This document shows positions 10,101 to 20,079 of a stretch of DNA of 57,363 nucleotides, piece after piece. The translations under genes and the position numbers were made by a program. Every line of letters begins with the position of its first letter. Within the stretch, counting starts at the first letter, position 1. The notes below the pieces were generated by a model. It searched no databases, was not told the DNA's origin, and saw only the letters and a program-made list of their open reading frames with translations. Location of the stretch: contig JBBRXO010000007.1 of the NCBI GenBank assembly GCA_038248345.1, positions 1 to 57,363 of the forward strand, in the 5' to 3' direction. This DNA comes from Armatimonadota bacterium. GTDB lineage: Bacteria > Armatimonadota > Hebobacteria > CAIYQO01.

Positions 10101-11988
10101 ATCTGCGCGGCGGCACGCTGTTTTCTACTATCCACAGGTGTCTGTCGGGGCCAATAGTGAGCCCGGTGATATTGCGGAAAGCCATCGGGTTGTAGGGGAC
10201 AGCGCGCATTTGTCGGCCACCGGCAACGCCAAAGCTCGCGATTAATTTTTTGTCGACACTAAACTTCTTTATCTGCTGGAGGATACCCAGTTCAGATACG
10301 TAAATAGCGCCATCGGCGTCAATAGTAAGGGCCGCCGGCTCTGTCAAATCAGTGAGAAATGGTGTCTGCACTCCGGTTTTGAGGTCAATGGCAATAATCT
10401 GTTTAGCGGAACACACCAGCAAGGTATCCACATCACGTTTGAATAATCCACGTGGTGCAGGTATGCTGATCTCCGCCCCCAGGGTTCCGTTGGTAAGGTT
10501 AATGGTGCCGATAGTGTTTTTAGCTGTCACCGCGTAATACGCCGTATCACCAATAACCGCCAGCGCTTTGATATCTGCTTTTTTCAGGTCGATCGTTTCG
10601 CCGGTCGGGAAAGGTACTGAACTGCCATCTGCCGGATTCATGCGCAGGAATTTAACTTCGTTACTACTATAAACCATATAAGCGTACCGACTATCCGCCG
10701 CCATTGCGACACCCATACCAAAGGTTCCGACACTGCGGAACCAGCGCGATTTCAGGCTGACAGGGTCGACGCAGCGCAGGCACTGCTGGCCTTCTTCACC
10801 GCCATTGAGAAAGTAGAGGTACTTGTTATCTGACGCCAGGTCAACCGGCCCATAATGCTGCCCGCCGATAGAACCCGATCCGTCTTCAGTGCGGTAAGGT
10901 GGAATGGCAGAGTTGCCTACACTGCCCATAAAGGATGCCTTGATCCCATCAAAATATCCAATGCGGTAGGTATATTTCCCCCCTGGCATTGGTGCCCCCC
11001 AACGGTCGTGGCCATCCCAATATATTGTGTGTGGGCCAGCGGAGATCTTCTCCGCCCGCAGCAGTTCTTTGACGATCCAGCCTTTGTCATCCAGAATGAT
11101 GACACTCACCTTTGATGCTTTCGGCAGTGTGAAATTGATAGGCAATCCACGCGGGACGAAAGTCGGGTCTAGTACACTGCTGGAGGTGGAGATTCGCGGC
11201 CCCGGGTCCTGGATGTAGAATTGCGCAGTTGCCCACGTGTCCGGGTAAAGTCGTGCTTCCGTTGCGATATCAGTGGTGCAATACGCCCCGCCGCCCGCAG
11301 AACCATGCCACCAGGCGGTATCGACATTGGTTTGCCCCGCCGGGTCGGAAAATATAACCTGCAGATCAAAGGGGATGCGTGCGTCAGCCTGTGGCTTTAT
11401 CTCCAGCGCCGTCCAGGGAAGTTTTACTTCTACGCGGTAACCTTTTGCTACCGGTTTAAAAATCGCCACTGCCCCGACAACATCCAACTTTGATACATCA
11501 TCCATGGGCACAGCACCGGCAGCCTCAGTGAAATATCGGTAGGGATGGCTGCCAGCAGCTTTCCACTGCGGGCGCATGGAGATGATCTCGCTTTTGCCGC
11601 CAATCTGCGCCAGCATTATCCGTTGCGGCCCGCCTTTGCCATTCAGTGGCCCAAGACAAATACCGATAGCATCTCCGCCTTTCAGCATCTCCTGAAATAC
11701 TCCAGAACCGTTTTTTAACGGGCTGGTATCTGTTACCTCGATCAGTGCATATAGGTTAGTAATATCGTATGCCAGCTTGAATGTCGCCACCGGCCCCAGC
11801 CGCCCCTGCACGCTTTGTTCAGCCTTTATCCCACCCCATTCAGCCGGATCGCCGTCTATTACAATCGGTTGAGCCGTCTTCACAACTGCAGCAGGTGGAA
11901 GCTCGGCCAGCACCGGTAAACAAATCATTATCACCATAAGCGTGATAAAGAAACGGTAAGAGAGAAACTTCTCAAAAGTGGTTACCAT
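7174..11988 (-). CDS. Giant secreted multidomain protein (CBM9-like sugar-binding, FlgD-Ig, NHL-like beta-propeller, Ig-like)
   Basis: Signal peptide; IDGDPAEW..GYRVEVKLPW; AGPHTIYWDGHD; propeller repeats; WADKNGDG; C-terminal VEFY..APY.YTW..YTLRAKVTD. Start chosen after the GGAG RBS. Confidence 0.75.
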   Translation of the reverse strand: MVTTFEKFLSYRFFITLMVIMICLPVLAELPPAAVVKTAQPIVIDGDPAEWGGIKAEQSVQGRLGPVATFKLAYDITNLYALIEVTDTSPLKNGSGVFQEMLKGGDAIGICLGPLNGKGGPQRIMLAQIGGKSEIISMRPQWKAAGSHPYRYFTEAAGAVPMDDVSKLDVVGAVAIFKPVAKGYRVEVKLPWTALEIKPQADARIPFDLQVIFSDPAGQTNVDTAWWHGSAGGGAYCTTDIATEARLYPDTWATAQFYIQDPGPRISTSSSVLDPTFVPRGLPINFTLPKASKVSVIILDDKGWIVKELLRAEKISAGPHTIYWDGHDRWGAPMPGGKYTYRIGYFDGIKASFMGSVGNSAIPPYRTEDGSGSIGGQHYGPVDLASDNKYLYFLNGGEEGQQCLRCVDPVSLKSRWFRSVGTFGMGVAMAADSRYAYMVYSSNEVKFLRMNPADGSSVPFPTGETIDLKKADIKALAVIGDTAYYAVTAKNTIGTINLTNGTLGAEISIPAPRGLFKRDVDTLLVCSAKQIIAIDLKTGVQTPFLTDLTEPAALTIDADGAIYVSELGILQQIKKFSVDKKLIASFGVAGGRQMRAVPYNPMAFRNITGLTIGPDRHLWIVENSVPPRRFAKLTSDGKLVEDVYGPTRCGATAGCDLDDPTIIYYSAPNGTAQFIEAKVDYAAYANSLIPSQGFSIKNIWCLSQNGTDLAATPDLMAGKDGPTLAGYNRMFSFTAKNGKRYLWIDGAARTGIWLWEKENWVPVAAVNNNAPTTFWADKNGDGLVQPEECSDEKNPAQPSGGWSWLGRDLTLYGINGSLKPASIDERGVPTYVKGEFTSYITAKPDFNATLFDGQSYWATGAPATSESAFYMTENNGPHQNRDFWDRASENRFMKVKEGKVQWIVGRHNGAMTNDGDSIITFGVTGESDGMVIVSEVGSNYSGYTSDGLALGWVLTDANGRTPGVGPNSIYVENAGPYLFTKDAKTGKHLLISHTTEDVRILEITGGFGKDITRINGTLNLVTTLPRPTAMEPGVMTIPSRTWSLSLYEAWRPTNVDAFDYEWATDLPVLTLFDDKKTVNGEIRMRRDAGNLCIFADILDTNPEFKIADVANAAGMFGKGSGIELLLGGIDDPQRTDAAAGDTRFFISAIRADNGRLKAQVVACRPASPAVPPSKELSEITTPGEYRTPGTTTPWDSSKALTAVPGAMVEIRDRYDGRGYVIEAEIPLASMPELTKIQSVSYFHAAPYGQGDDGRRYTQDRSDLVIPLKLNAACWRRDIAGTITRTPWKKDDFTGTDPRQMDPSNWGVITEPPGIALSIAKAEQPEMPLTYVATDTKLFSFSGGPTLRVENCLYGGGYFDMTGKLTFMTTAPRQGFSLEVPSGGETAAGGNWRTAKLDMTAVGIPPALTSLVRRTESADKPIIATLKVSFPAGVGGKLHILWGSYTDNSPASGALSVTDAATGQTIDAAKYPELSFATGFNQDFFTCDSVFAVGGTRTLTITLKDTTTSSRACLQGIWLEPIVQPTFTMPVNLLLAAFPGTTLAEISIVEFYQEDVKICETTAAPYVYTWKPAKAGSYTLRAKVTDKLGATAMSEPQIITVNIAP

Positions 11989-12092
11989 AGAATTAGCTCC
12001 TTTTATATGATACATTCCCATGCAAATGCTCCAATTTTCGTTGCCATCTTATATTATATCACAAGAATGGGATACTCGATCCAGTAAACACG

Positions 12093-12132
12093 CAAAAACC
12101 GCCGGAATCACTTCCAGCGGTAATTTTTTTTT
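12093..12132 (-). terminator. Rho-independent terminator
   Basis: Minus strand ACCGCTGGAA-GTGA-TTCCGGCGGT then TTTT; A/T tracts on both sides. Confidence 0.65.
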
Positions 12133-12213
12133 GCTACCTTCAATGATATGCTATTCAACTATAAGAGGCATTATCCACATGCAAATCTAACGTAAATGCA
12201 GAATACCTGACGA

Positions 12214-13035
12214 CTACTGCGTAACAGACTCAAGGTCAGCCACGAGACTTTCAAGCATCTTCCGAGCAGGTGCCGCGCTGTTCTCTGGAAGCCTTCCGAG
12301 AATAGTTCCCGCTTCAGTGATGGTCGCTGACATTTCCTTTAATTCCTTGGAGCCCGATGGACGATCAACGCCCGGCTGGTCATTCGCCAAGCTGAGCAAT
12401 CGTGTGGCGAGCGCGGCCACCATATCCAAATCCGCGCTGCGTGGATTGTCGCTGAGAGCAGTAACCGCCATACCTTGCACAACGGTATGCATCGTCTCCA
12501 CCACGCTGGCCTGTGCATCCACGCGCAAGTCGCCCGCCATGGTACCCGCGTCTCGAGCAACAAGGGCATCGCCATATGCTGCCACGATCTCCCGCAACTG
12601 GCGACCAAACATCTCCGCTGTCCCCCGAGTTTGCGTATCTGGCAAAACCGCGATCTCGTCCGATACAGCAGCGTGGCCATACGAGGCGTAAATCTCCATT
12701 CCCTTGCGAGCGCTTACTTTCACGCCGTTCTTCCGCCCTGCTTCCTCATAGCGATCGGAGAATCTGTCCGTTGCCATGGCAACGATCTGCTTGGCAGCCA
12801 GGCCTGTTAACGGTTCCGCGGATTGGGCAGTCAATGGCGGGGCCGTCATCTTGCCTGGCTTCACCGAAATGGCTGAATTACGCGTCGCCTGCGGGGCAGC
12901 ATGATGAGTTGTTGTATCCGCCTTTGTTGCGACAACAGGTTTGCCGAAGCTGGTCGCGACTATGCAAGCGCCGGCAACAACCGCCGTGATTGTCAGCGCA
13001 GCAAAAACATATAGCTTGCTAGTTCGCTTTGACAT
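12214..13035 (-). CDS. Hypothetical exported or membrane-anchored helical protein
   Basis: 273-aa ORF with basic/hydrophobic N-terminus, followed by a terminator; no recognised motif. Confidence 0.6.
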   Translation of the reverse strand: MSKRTSKLYVFAALTITAVVAGACIVATSFGKPVVATKADTTTHHAAPQATRNSAISVKPGKMTAPPLTAQSAEPLTGLAAKQIVAMATDRFSDRYEEAGRKNGVKVSARKGMEIYASYGHAAVSDEIAVLPDTQTRGTAEMFGRQLREIVAAYGDALVARDAGTMAGDLRVDAQASVVETMHTVVQGMAVTALSDNPRSADLDMVAALATRLLSLANDQPGVDRPSGSKELKEMSATITEAGTILGRLPENSAAPARKMLESLVADLESVTQ

Positions 13036-13341
13036 TCTTGTGTTACCCTTTTACCCATTTGTCTACAACTAAAGAGAAGCGTTTTTGAGTACTATTCCGT
13101 CATAGCTTCCCGCAGAAGTCCCGGAGATCATTATTCCGTTCCAGCCATCGTCAGGTCTACCAGCTCTGCCACCTGCGCCGACACGATGCCGGTGGCTTCC
13201 AGCTCAATTATACTATTATTTTCCTCCGCTCGGATGTTGTAGATTTTGCCGTGGGTACTACCACGGCATAAATACCGGGGCTATCGTCTTGCGCCTCATG
13301 AATGGGGCTAATTTACCCTTACGTAGGTTCCATTCACAACT

Positions 13342-13447
13342 AAATTGTAGGGGCACAAGGCTTGTGCATCACTTCGTAACCTTATCAGTAAATTGGTCAC
13401 ATCTCCGATACCCCCGTTTCCCGGGCACATGCCATGTGACCCTACTA
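13342..13447 (+). repeat. REP-like family B element (GTAGGGGCACAAGGCTTGTG...GGGCACATGCCATGTG.CCCTAC)
   Basis: Two palindromic arms with a conserved spacer, matching 26531 and 32719. Confidence 0.85.
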
Positions 13448-13618
13448 CATAATTATCCATCGCTTGGTGGTAAATACCAGTTTTCCATTAAAAATAACAA
13501 CTTCTTTGGTAGTGTTTATCAGGAATACCTGATAGTCGATACACAACATAATCGCTATTATTGTTAATATACAGAGCAAACAGGTAATCATTGGATACTA
13601 CAGAGGAGAAACAATACG

Positions 13619-14221
13619 ATGCAAACACCGCTAGTCAAAACGGAGAGTGGTTTGTTGATTCCCAAAGAAGATGCAATGCGTATCAAAGGGTTAGTCTGTG
13701 GTGTTGACGGCGTATTGACGAATGGACAGATCGGCTACACAGCACATCGGAATGAGATCCACTTCTTTGACACGCGTGATGGCCTGGCGATGCGGCTGGC
13801 CAGTTGGTATGGCCTGCAAATTGCCTGGGTCACCGGACGTATCTCTGCGCATATTTCCCAACGTGCGCAGGATCTCGATATCCGAGTCTATCCCGGATAT
13901 TCGAATAAAGAATTAGGCTTACGCGCCATCGCCCATGATTTCGATTTACCATACAGTGAAATTGCCTACATTGGCGATGACCTGAATGATTTACTCGCCC
14001 TGCGTGTTGTTGGCTTCCCTATCGCTGTCGCGAATGCCTCTGCGGAAGTAAAAGCTGAGGTAGCATATGTTTCCCAAGCACCAGGTGGGCAGGGAGCAGT
14101 TCGCGAGATTATCGAAGCGATCCTACGTGGCCAGGGGCGTTGGGATGAAGCCGTTGCCAACTATTTAACTGTCCTGCGTGAGCCAGAAATGGTCGCAAAA
14201 ATGCCACGGACCGAGGAGTAA
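13619..14221 (+). CDS. KdsC/YrbI-family HAD phosphatase (first motif-I Asp replaced by Gly)
   Basis: VDGVLT.G, RDGLA, TGR, YIGDDLND and GGQGAVRE motifs. Confidence 0.88.
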   Translation: MQTPLVKTESGLLIPKEDAMRIKGLVCGVDGVLTNGQIGYTAHRNEIHFFDTRDGLAMRLASWYGLQIAWVTGRISAHISQRAQDLDIRVYPGYSNKELGLRAIAHDFDLPYSEIAYIGDDLNDLLALRVVGFPIAVANASAEVKAEVAYVSQAPGGQGAVREIIEAILRGQGRWDEAVANYLTVLREPEMVAKMPRTEE

Positions 14222-14274
14222 CCCGGCGTAGACTTAACCAATTCACAACCATCTCAATTTAGAAGGAAGGTAAC

Positions 14275-15528
14275 ATGTTCACAGAAACTCTCAACCCATT
14301 TGAGATTGCGCAAGCTCAACTTGATGAAGCTGCGCAGATTCTCGGCCTTGATCCTGCCATGCATCAATTGCTACGCAATCCGATGCGCCAGTTGCAGGTG
14401 TCCATCCCGGTAAAGATGGATGATGGCACTACTACCGTCTTCCAGGGATTCCGCGTGCAGTACAACGATGCTTGCGGACCCACCAAGGGTGGCATCCGCT
14501 TCCACCCCGAGGAGACGATTGACACTGTACGCGCTCTTTCGGCGTGGATGACCTGGAAAACCGCTGTTGTCGGGTTACCGTATGGCGGTGGCAAAGGCGG
14601 CGTGATCTGCAACCCGAAAGAACTCAGCGCTACGGAACTGGAGCGCCTGGCCCGCGGATACATCCGGGCTATAGGTAATTTTATTGGCGATGAAATCGAC
14701 ATCCCCGCCCCCGACGTCTATACTACCCCGCAGATAATGGCCTGGATGATGGACGAATTCAGCGTCATCAATGGCCGGAATATCCCCGGAATCATCACCG
14801 GGAAACCAATCCTCCTCGGTGGCTCGCTAGGACGCGGTGACGCTACGGCACGCGGCGCTGTCTATTGTGTTCGTGAAGCCGCCAAGTATTTGAATATCGA
14901 GCTAAGCGGCGGCACTATCGCAATTCAGGGATATGGCAATGCTGGCATCTATATGGCACAGCTAGCCGTAGAATTACTCGGGATGAAGGTAGTTGCCGTC
15001 AGCGATTCACGTGGTGGTATATACAGCCCGGAAGGTTTTGATTGGAAAGCAGTGGAAGAGCACAAACAGATGACCGGCTCCGTAGCAAACTTCCCCGGCA
15101 CACAGCCGATCAGCAACGGTGATCTGCTCGAACTCGACGTGACGGTGCTCTGCCCGGCCGCGCTGGAGAACGTTATCACTGCTGTTAACGCTTCCAAAAT
15201 CAAAGCGAAAATTGTAGCTGAAGCCGCAAATGGCCCCACCACCCCAGAAGCAGACAAAGTCATGCACGCTAATGGCGTCTTCGTTATCCCGGACTTCCTC
15301 TGCAATGCCGGTGGTGTAACTGTCAGCTACTTCGAGTGGGTGCAGAACATCGGTGGTTATTACTGGGATCTGCCTACTGTGCATGAGCGCCTGGATGCCA
15401 AGATGACGGAAGCCTTCTGGGCAGTTGCCAACATGCGTACAAAAATGAATGTTCATACGCGCGTCGCAGCCTATCTGGTGGCCGTTCAGCGTGTTGCCGA
15501 AGTCTGCAAGTTACGTGGGTGGGTATAA
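14275..15528 (+). CDS. gdhA: Glutamate dehydrogenase (Glu/Leu/Phe/Val dehydrogenase family)
   Basis: [56 protein letters not shown]. Confidence 0.96.
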   Translation: MFTETLNPFEIAQAQLDEAAQILGLDPAMHQLLRNPMRQLQVSIPVKMDDGTTTVFQGFRVQYNDACGPTKGGIRFHPEETIDTVRALSAWMTWKTAVVGLPYGGGKGGVICNPKELSATELERLARGYIRAIGNFIGDEIDIPAPDVYTTPQIMAWMMDEFSVINGRNIPGIITGKPILLGGSLGRGDATARGAVYCVREAAKYLNIELSGGTIAIQGYGNAGIYMAQLAVELLGMKVVAVSDSRGGIYSPEGFDWKAVEEHKQMTGSVANFPGTQPISNGDLLELDVTVLCPAALENVITAVNASKIKAKIVAEAANGPTTPEADKVMHANGVFVIPDFLCNAGGVTVSYFEWVQNIGGYYWDLPTVHERLDAKMTEAFWAVANMRTKMNVHTRVAAYLVAVQRVAEVCKLRGWV

Positions 15529-15557
15529 GCCACCAACGCTGATTGATTAATCCGCAC

Positions 15558-15617
15558 ACAGCAATGCTTGGTTGGCACAACGGCGCGTTGACCTTTCAAG
15601 CATTGCTGTTCTATTTT
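15558..15617 (+). terminator. Stem-loop between gdhA and the nfnA-like gene
   Basis: Perfect 13-bp IR ACAGCAATGCTTG/CAAGCATTGCTGT followed by a T-rich run. Confidence 0.45.
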
Positions 15618-15661
15618 TAGGCCAGCCGGCATCGGTTGACAAAGGTGATATGGTGGTAGTG

Positions 15662-16492
15662 ATGCATGAAATTATCTCTAAAAAGCAATTAGCCTCTAAC
15701 GTCACGAGTTTAACAGTTCGCGCCCAGCGGATCGCCGTCGTTAGTCGACCAGGACAATTCGTCATTGTCCGGCAAGGGGCAGGGGCAGAACGCATCCCGC
15801 TAACTATCGCCGATGCGGATGCCCGGGCGGGAACAATAACCTTGGTGATTCAAGCGATAGGTAAAAGTACGCGTGATATCGTCAAGTTGCACCCCGGTGA
15901 CGAGATCGACGCAATTGTTGGGCCATTGGGGCAACCAACAAAGCTGATAAGCGGAGGATCTGTTGTATGTGTCGGCGGAGGAGTGGGCACTGCTGTAGTC
16001 TACCCCATCGCGCAAGGACTTGGCGCCATCGGGGTTCCGGTCATCAGTATAATTGGCGCACAATCAAAGGATTGGGTAATCTACGAGGATGAGCTACGGC
16101 GCTGTGGCGAAGTGATTGTCTGCACGGATGATGGCTCCTATGGTCATGAAGGGTTTGTCACCGATGCACTCACCGAAGTCATAAATCTGACCAGCGTCAT
16201 TGCTGTATATGCGGCTGGCCCGGTGTCGATGATGCAAGCGGTCGCCGAACTCACCCGGCCACACCAGATAAAGACCATCGTTTCGCTCAACACCATTATG
16301 ATTGATGGTACTGGTATGTGTGGCGGGTGTCGGGTGAATGTGGGTGACAAAACAAAATATGCTTGTGTAGACGGGCCGGAATTTGACGGGCATCTGGTAG
16401 ACTTCGTTGAATTGCGCGATCGCCTAAGTACTTATAGCTCCTATGAGAGAGAAGCAATAGTTATGGATCATTCCTGTCGAATAAATCGGTAA
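15662..16492 (+). CDS. Ferredoxin-NADP reductase-type FAD/2Fe-2S subunit (NfnA/SudB/PyrK family)
   Basis: PGQFVIVR, ERIPLTIAD, GGGVG, TDDGSYG, DGTGMCGGCRV..ACVDGPEFDGH. Confidence 0.92.
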   Translation: MHEIISKKQLASNVTSLTVRAQRIAVVSRPGQFVIVRQGAGAERIPLTIADADARAGTITLVIQAIGKSTRDIVKLHPGDEIDAIVGPLGQPTKLISGGSVVCVGGGVGTAVVYPIAQGLGAIGVPVISIIGAQSKDWVIYEDELRRCGEVIVCTDDGSYGHEGFVTDALTEVINLTSVIAVYAAGPVSMMQAVAELTRPHQIKTIVSLNTIMIDGTGMCGGCRVNVGDKTKYACVDGPEFDGHLVDFVELRDRLSTYSSYEREAIVMDHSCRINR

Positions 16493-16623
16493 TTTTAAAA
16501 AGTGTTCAATGGGGCAGTATTGAAACGGACCAGGAGAGACAGACAAGCATTTACGGGATTCTTTGCTGGCGGCGATACAGGAAGCAGCCGCACCTCCGCT
16601 ACTGGCATTCAGATGAGAATTGC

Positions 16624-16632
16624 TGTTATAAT
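16624..16632 (+). promoter_or_regulatory. Extended -10 promoter element
   Basis: TGTTATAAT (TGn-TATAAT) upstream of the AGGAG RBS and ATG 16657. Confidence 0.55.
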
Positions 16633-16656
16633 AGACGAATGAACTAGGAGTGAGAT

Positions 16657-19275
16657 ATGGAACCAGCTTCAGTATCGTGCGGTATTAACGCCTTTGATGA
16701 AATTATTAAGGGGCTACGTCTGGGCGATAACGTCGTCTGGCAGGTAGACAGGCTTGAAGATTATCACTTCTTCGCGGAAGCTTTTGTCAGAGAAAGTATA
16801 GCCCATGGACGTCACGTCATCTATGTGCGCTTTGCCCCACACGTTCCGGTGTTGTCGGATATTAATGGGGTTGAGCTGTTTGAAATAGATCCACGTCCAG
16901 GTTTCGATGTTTTCTCTCGCCAGTTGCATAACCTGATAGATGAACGTGGACGCGAGGTGTTCTATGTATTTGATAACCTCTCTTCACTGGTAGAATACTG
17001 GGCTACCGATGAGCAACTGGCGAACTTTTTTCAAGTCACTTGCCCCTTCCTCTTTGAGCTGGAAACTGTCGCTTACTTCGCACTCACCCGTGGTCTGCAT
17101 GCACATAGCGCCGTGGCGCGTATCCGTGATACCACACAAGTGCTCGCTGATGTCTATCACGTTGATGATCGGATGTACGTTCACCCGCTGAAAGTCTGGG
17201 ACCGTTACTCGGATCAGATGTTTATGCCTCATCTTGTACTCGCTGACCACTGGATACCGCTCTCGACTAGTGGCGACGCTGCGGGTATATCTCGCATGGC
17301 AAAAAAGAATCCCTTGCAGAACTCAATACCTTCTATAGCCCCATGGGAGAGCATTTACCATAAACTTATGCAGCATTGTGGAGTTGATGAGGAATGCCGG
17401 GAGGTAACCCCCGAACTGATTGCGCTCAAAAGAGAACTCACGCGGATGCTCCTCGGATATCATCCTGAATTCGAACGCTTGACTGATCAGTACCTGACCC
17501 CGAATAATCTCATCGATATCCGCGAACGCCTCATCGGCTCCGGGCGCATCGGCGGTAAAGCCGCCGGGATGTTGCTGGCACGCGCAATCCTGAACAAACA
17601 AGGCGTTAAGGACGGCATTGACTTTCGCGACATCCTCGAGGAACATGATTCGTTCTATATCGGGTCCGACGTCTTCTACACATTTCTCGTCACCAATGAC
17701 CTCTTCCGCTTGCGCCTGGAGTTAGCGAATAACGCTCATTTAACCCATGAAGAGTTTGTGAAGGTAGAAGAACGTTTCCTGGCGGGCACCTTCCCCACGG
17801 CGATCATCGAGTTATTCAGAAATATGCTGGATTATTATGGGCAAGCGCCGATTATCGTTCGTTCCAGCAGTCTACTGGAGGATGGATTCGGCAACGCTTT
17901 CGCTGGAAAGTACCGCAGTGAATTCTGCGCTAATCAGGGAGATCCCGATGAGAGATTGAATGAATTGCTCAATGCCATCAAGCTGGTCTATGCCAGCGCC
18001 TTGAACCCCAATGTACTAAGTTACCGCCGTAAACGCGGGCTGGGCGAAAATGATGAACAGATGGCGGTGCTGGTGCAACGCGTCTCTGGTATGCCGCAAG
18101 GTCCATACTTCTTCCCCATTCTGGCTGGTGTCGCCTTCTCGCGCAATCTCTACGCCTGGAGTGACCGTATCGACCCTAACTGTGGGGTGATACGACTCGT
18201 TTATGGCCTGGGGACACGTGCTGTGGACAGGGTGGATGTAGATTATCCACGCATGATCGCGGTGAGTAATCCCGGACTGCGCCCAGAAATCGGCTATCGC
18301 ATTAAACGTTACTCACAGCGTCAGGCAGATGTTCTCGACTTACAGCATAATACGCTGGTGACGTTGCCATATACTGAGGTGATTAAGCACACTAATAGAC
18401 AATACCAGCATTACCTGGTTTCAGTACTGGCAGAAGGTGGCATTAGTGATCCAATCAGCCACTACATCACTGCAGACCCTGAGCAGATGCTCATTACCTT
18501 TAATAATCTGATCAGGAAGACAGCGTTTGTCAATATCATCAATAAAATGCTGACCACACTGGAAAGCGCCTATGGGCATCCGGTCGACACGGAATTCACT
18601 GCCACTGTGGATGCACAGGGAAAGATCCGCATCAACCTGCTGCAATGCCGGCCGCTCTTCTTCCCGGGGCCGTCCGAGATCTCCATCAACTCAGACGAGT
18701 TACCGCAGAGCCATATCCTCTTCCGCACTAACGCCATGATGAATGGTGGCGAAGTGCGCAATATCCAGTATATCGTGTATGTAGATCCGGTAGCATATGC
18801 GCATGCCGAACAGGGGATGAAACTCGCCATTGGACGCTTGATCGGCAAATTGAACGAACTGCCAGAGCTTATAGGCGGCAAGTTTATCTTGATGGGGCCG
18901 GGACGCTGGGGCAGTAGCAACGTCGACCTGGGTGTGAATGTGGGCTATGCCGACCTGAGCAATGCTGCGGTGCTTATTGAAATTGCGCAGGAGTCGGAGG
19001 GCCATTTACCGGAGGTCTCCTATGGTACCCACTTCTTCCTCGACCTTGTCGAATCGGAGATCATCTTCCTCGCCGTCTATCCGGATGACCATGCTACCGA
19101 TTATAATAACGATTTCTTCAGCCGTACCATCAATAAATTGACGGACCTGCTGCCCGACGCGGGTGCCTATACCAATATTTTGCGGGTAATTGATGTTCCG
19201 CACGTCACGGAAGGTGCGCACGCCCGTGTAATCGCCGCCTCCGCCACGCGCAATGCCATTTGCTTTTTGGAATAG
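16657..19275 (+). CDS. PEP/pyruvate-binding (PPDK_N/ATP-grasp) domain protein with a RecA/KaiC-like N-terminal region
   Basis: IGGKAAG, IVRSSSLLED..FAGKY, MAVLVQ, GLG..V, DTEF..LLQCRP; no phospho-His or PEP-utilising barrel motifs recognised. Confidence 0.85.
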   Translation: MEPASVSCGINAFDEIIKGLRLGDNVVWQVDRLEDYHFFAEAFVRESIAHGRHVIYVRFAPHVPVLSDINGVELFEIDPRPGFDVFSRQLHNLIDERGREVFYVFDNLSSLVEYWATDEQLANFFQVTCPFLFELETVAYFALTRGLHAHSAVARIRDTTQVLADVYHVDDRMYVHPLKVWDRYSDQMFMPHLVLADHWIPLSTSGDAAGISRMAKKNPLQNSIPSIAPWESIYHKLMQHCGVDEECREVTPELIALKRELTRMLLGYHPEFERLTDQYLTPNNLIDIRERLIGSGRIGGKAAGMLLARAILNKQGVKDGIDFRDILEEHDSFYIGSDVFYTFLVTNDLFRLRLELANNAHLTHEEFVKVEERFLAGTFPTAIIELFRNMLDYYGQAPIIVRSSSLLEDGFGNAFAGKYRSEFCANQGDPDERLNELLNAIKLVYASALNPNVLSYRRKRGLGENDEQMAVLVQRVSGMPQGPYFFPILAGVAFSRNLYAWSDRIDPNCGVIRLVYGLGTRAVDRVDVDYPRMIAVSNPGLRPEIGYRIKRYSQRQADVLDLQHNTLVTLPYTEVIKHTNRQYQHYLVSVLAEGGISDPISHYITADPEQMLITFNNLIRKTAFVNIINKMLTTLESAYGHPVDTEFTATVDAQGKIRINLLQCRPLFFPGPSEISINSDELPQSHILFRTNAMMNGGEVRNIQYIVYVDPVAYAHAEQGMKLAIGRLIGKLNELPELIGGKFILMGPGRWGSSNVDLGVNVGYADLSNAAVLIEIAQESEGHLPEVSYGTHFFLDLVESEIIFLAVYPDDHATDYNNDFFSRTINKLTDLLPDAGAYTNILRVIDVPHVTEGAHARVIAASATRNAICFLE

Positions 19276-19286
19276 CTGGCATTATT

Positions 19287-19946
19287 TCAGTCAATATCAA
19301 TAGAGGTAATCCCCTCCCGGATGGCGTATTTTGTCAGCGCGGCGATGCTGCGCAGGTTCAGTTTAGCCATGATATGCGAGCGGTAGGTCTCTACACTGCT
19401 GACGGCGAGGGACAGGCGTTCGGCGATCTCTTTGCTGGTATGTCCCTCCGCCAGCAGCTGCACGATTTCGCGGTCGCGCTGTGAGAGTAAGTTATAGGCA
19501 GAATCCTGCTGCTGCGGAGCGACACGTCGGACATAATCATCATACACAATAGTGGCCAGTTGCTGGGCCAGATACGTCTGCCCGTAGCATACGCACTGGA
19601 TAGCCAACTGCAGTTCCTCCAGCGCTGAGTCTTTCAGCAGATACCCGCGTGCGCCAGCTTTCAACATCTCCACCACGTAGTCGACATCGGTATGGATCGA
19701 AAGAGCAATAATCTTCAGATTCGGATACTCTTCTATCAGATGCCGCGTAGCTTCGATACCGTTCAATTCGGGCATCCCGATATCCATCACCACCAGATCG
19801 GGGTGGCACACATTCACCTGCTCGAGCGCCTCGCGCCCATTGCTGGCCTCGCCCACTACCGTATGATGTAAATCACGCTCCAACAACGAGCGTAAACCGG
19901 CGCGCATGAGTGTATGGTCATCGGCGATAACAATTCTTAAACCCAT
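19287..19946 (-). CDS. NarL/LuxR-family response regulator
   Basis: IADDH, DLVVMDIGMPELNG, GYLLK and LuxR HTH. Confidence 0.95.
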   Translation of the reverse strand: MGLRIVIADDHTLMRAGLRSLLERDLHHTVVGEASNGREALEQVNVCHPDLVVMDIGMPELNGIEATRHLIEEYPNLKIIALSIHTDVDYVVEMLKAGARGYLLKDSALEELQLAIQCVCYGQTYLAQQLATIVYDDYVRRVAPQQQDSAYNLLSQRDREIVQLLAEGHTSKEIAERLSLAVSSVETYRSHIMAKLNLRSIAALTKYAIREGITSIDID

Positions 19947-20079
19947 AAAGTCTTACTCCATCGAAAAAAGTTCCAAGTTCCAAGGCCGACACCCCGTCCT
20001 TCAGGGCGGGGATTAGAGATATTGCAACTGCAATTTCCATCCCCATATAATGAAGCGTACTTCATTACAGTTTCCTCTG

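Noticed and set aside
13154..13177. Minus-strand GCGCAGGTGGCAGAGCTGGTAGAC resembling a tRNA-Leu 5' end
   Set aside because: No anticodon arm, T arm or acceptor partner follows.
16575..16595. AGGAAGCAGCC resembling the SRP RNA motif
   Set aside because: Lacks the preceding CAGG and GNRA-capped helix and the long stem.
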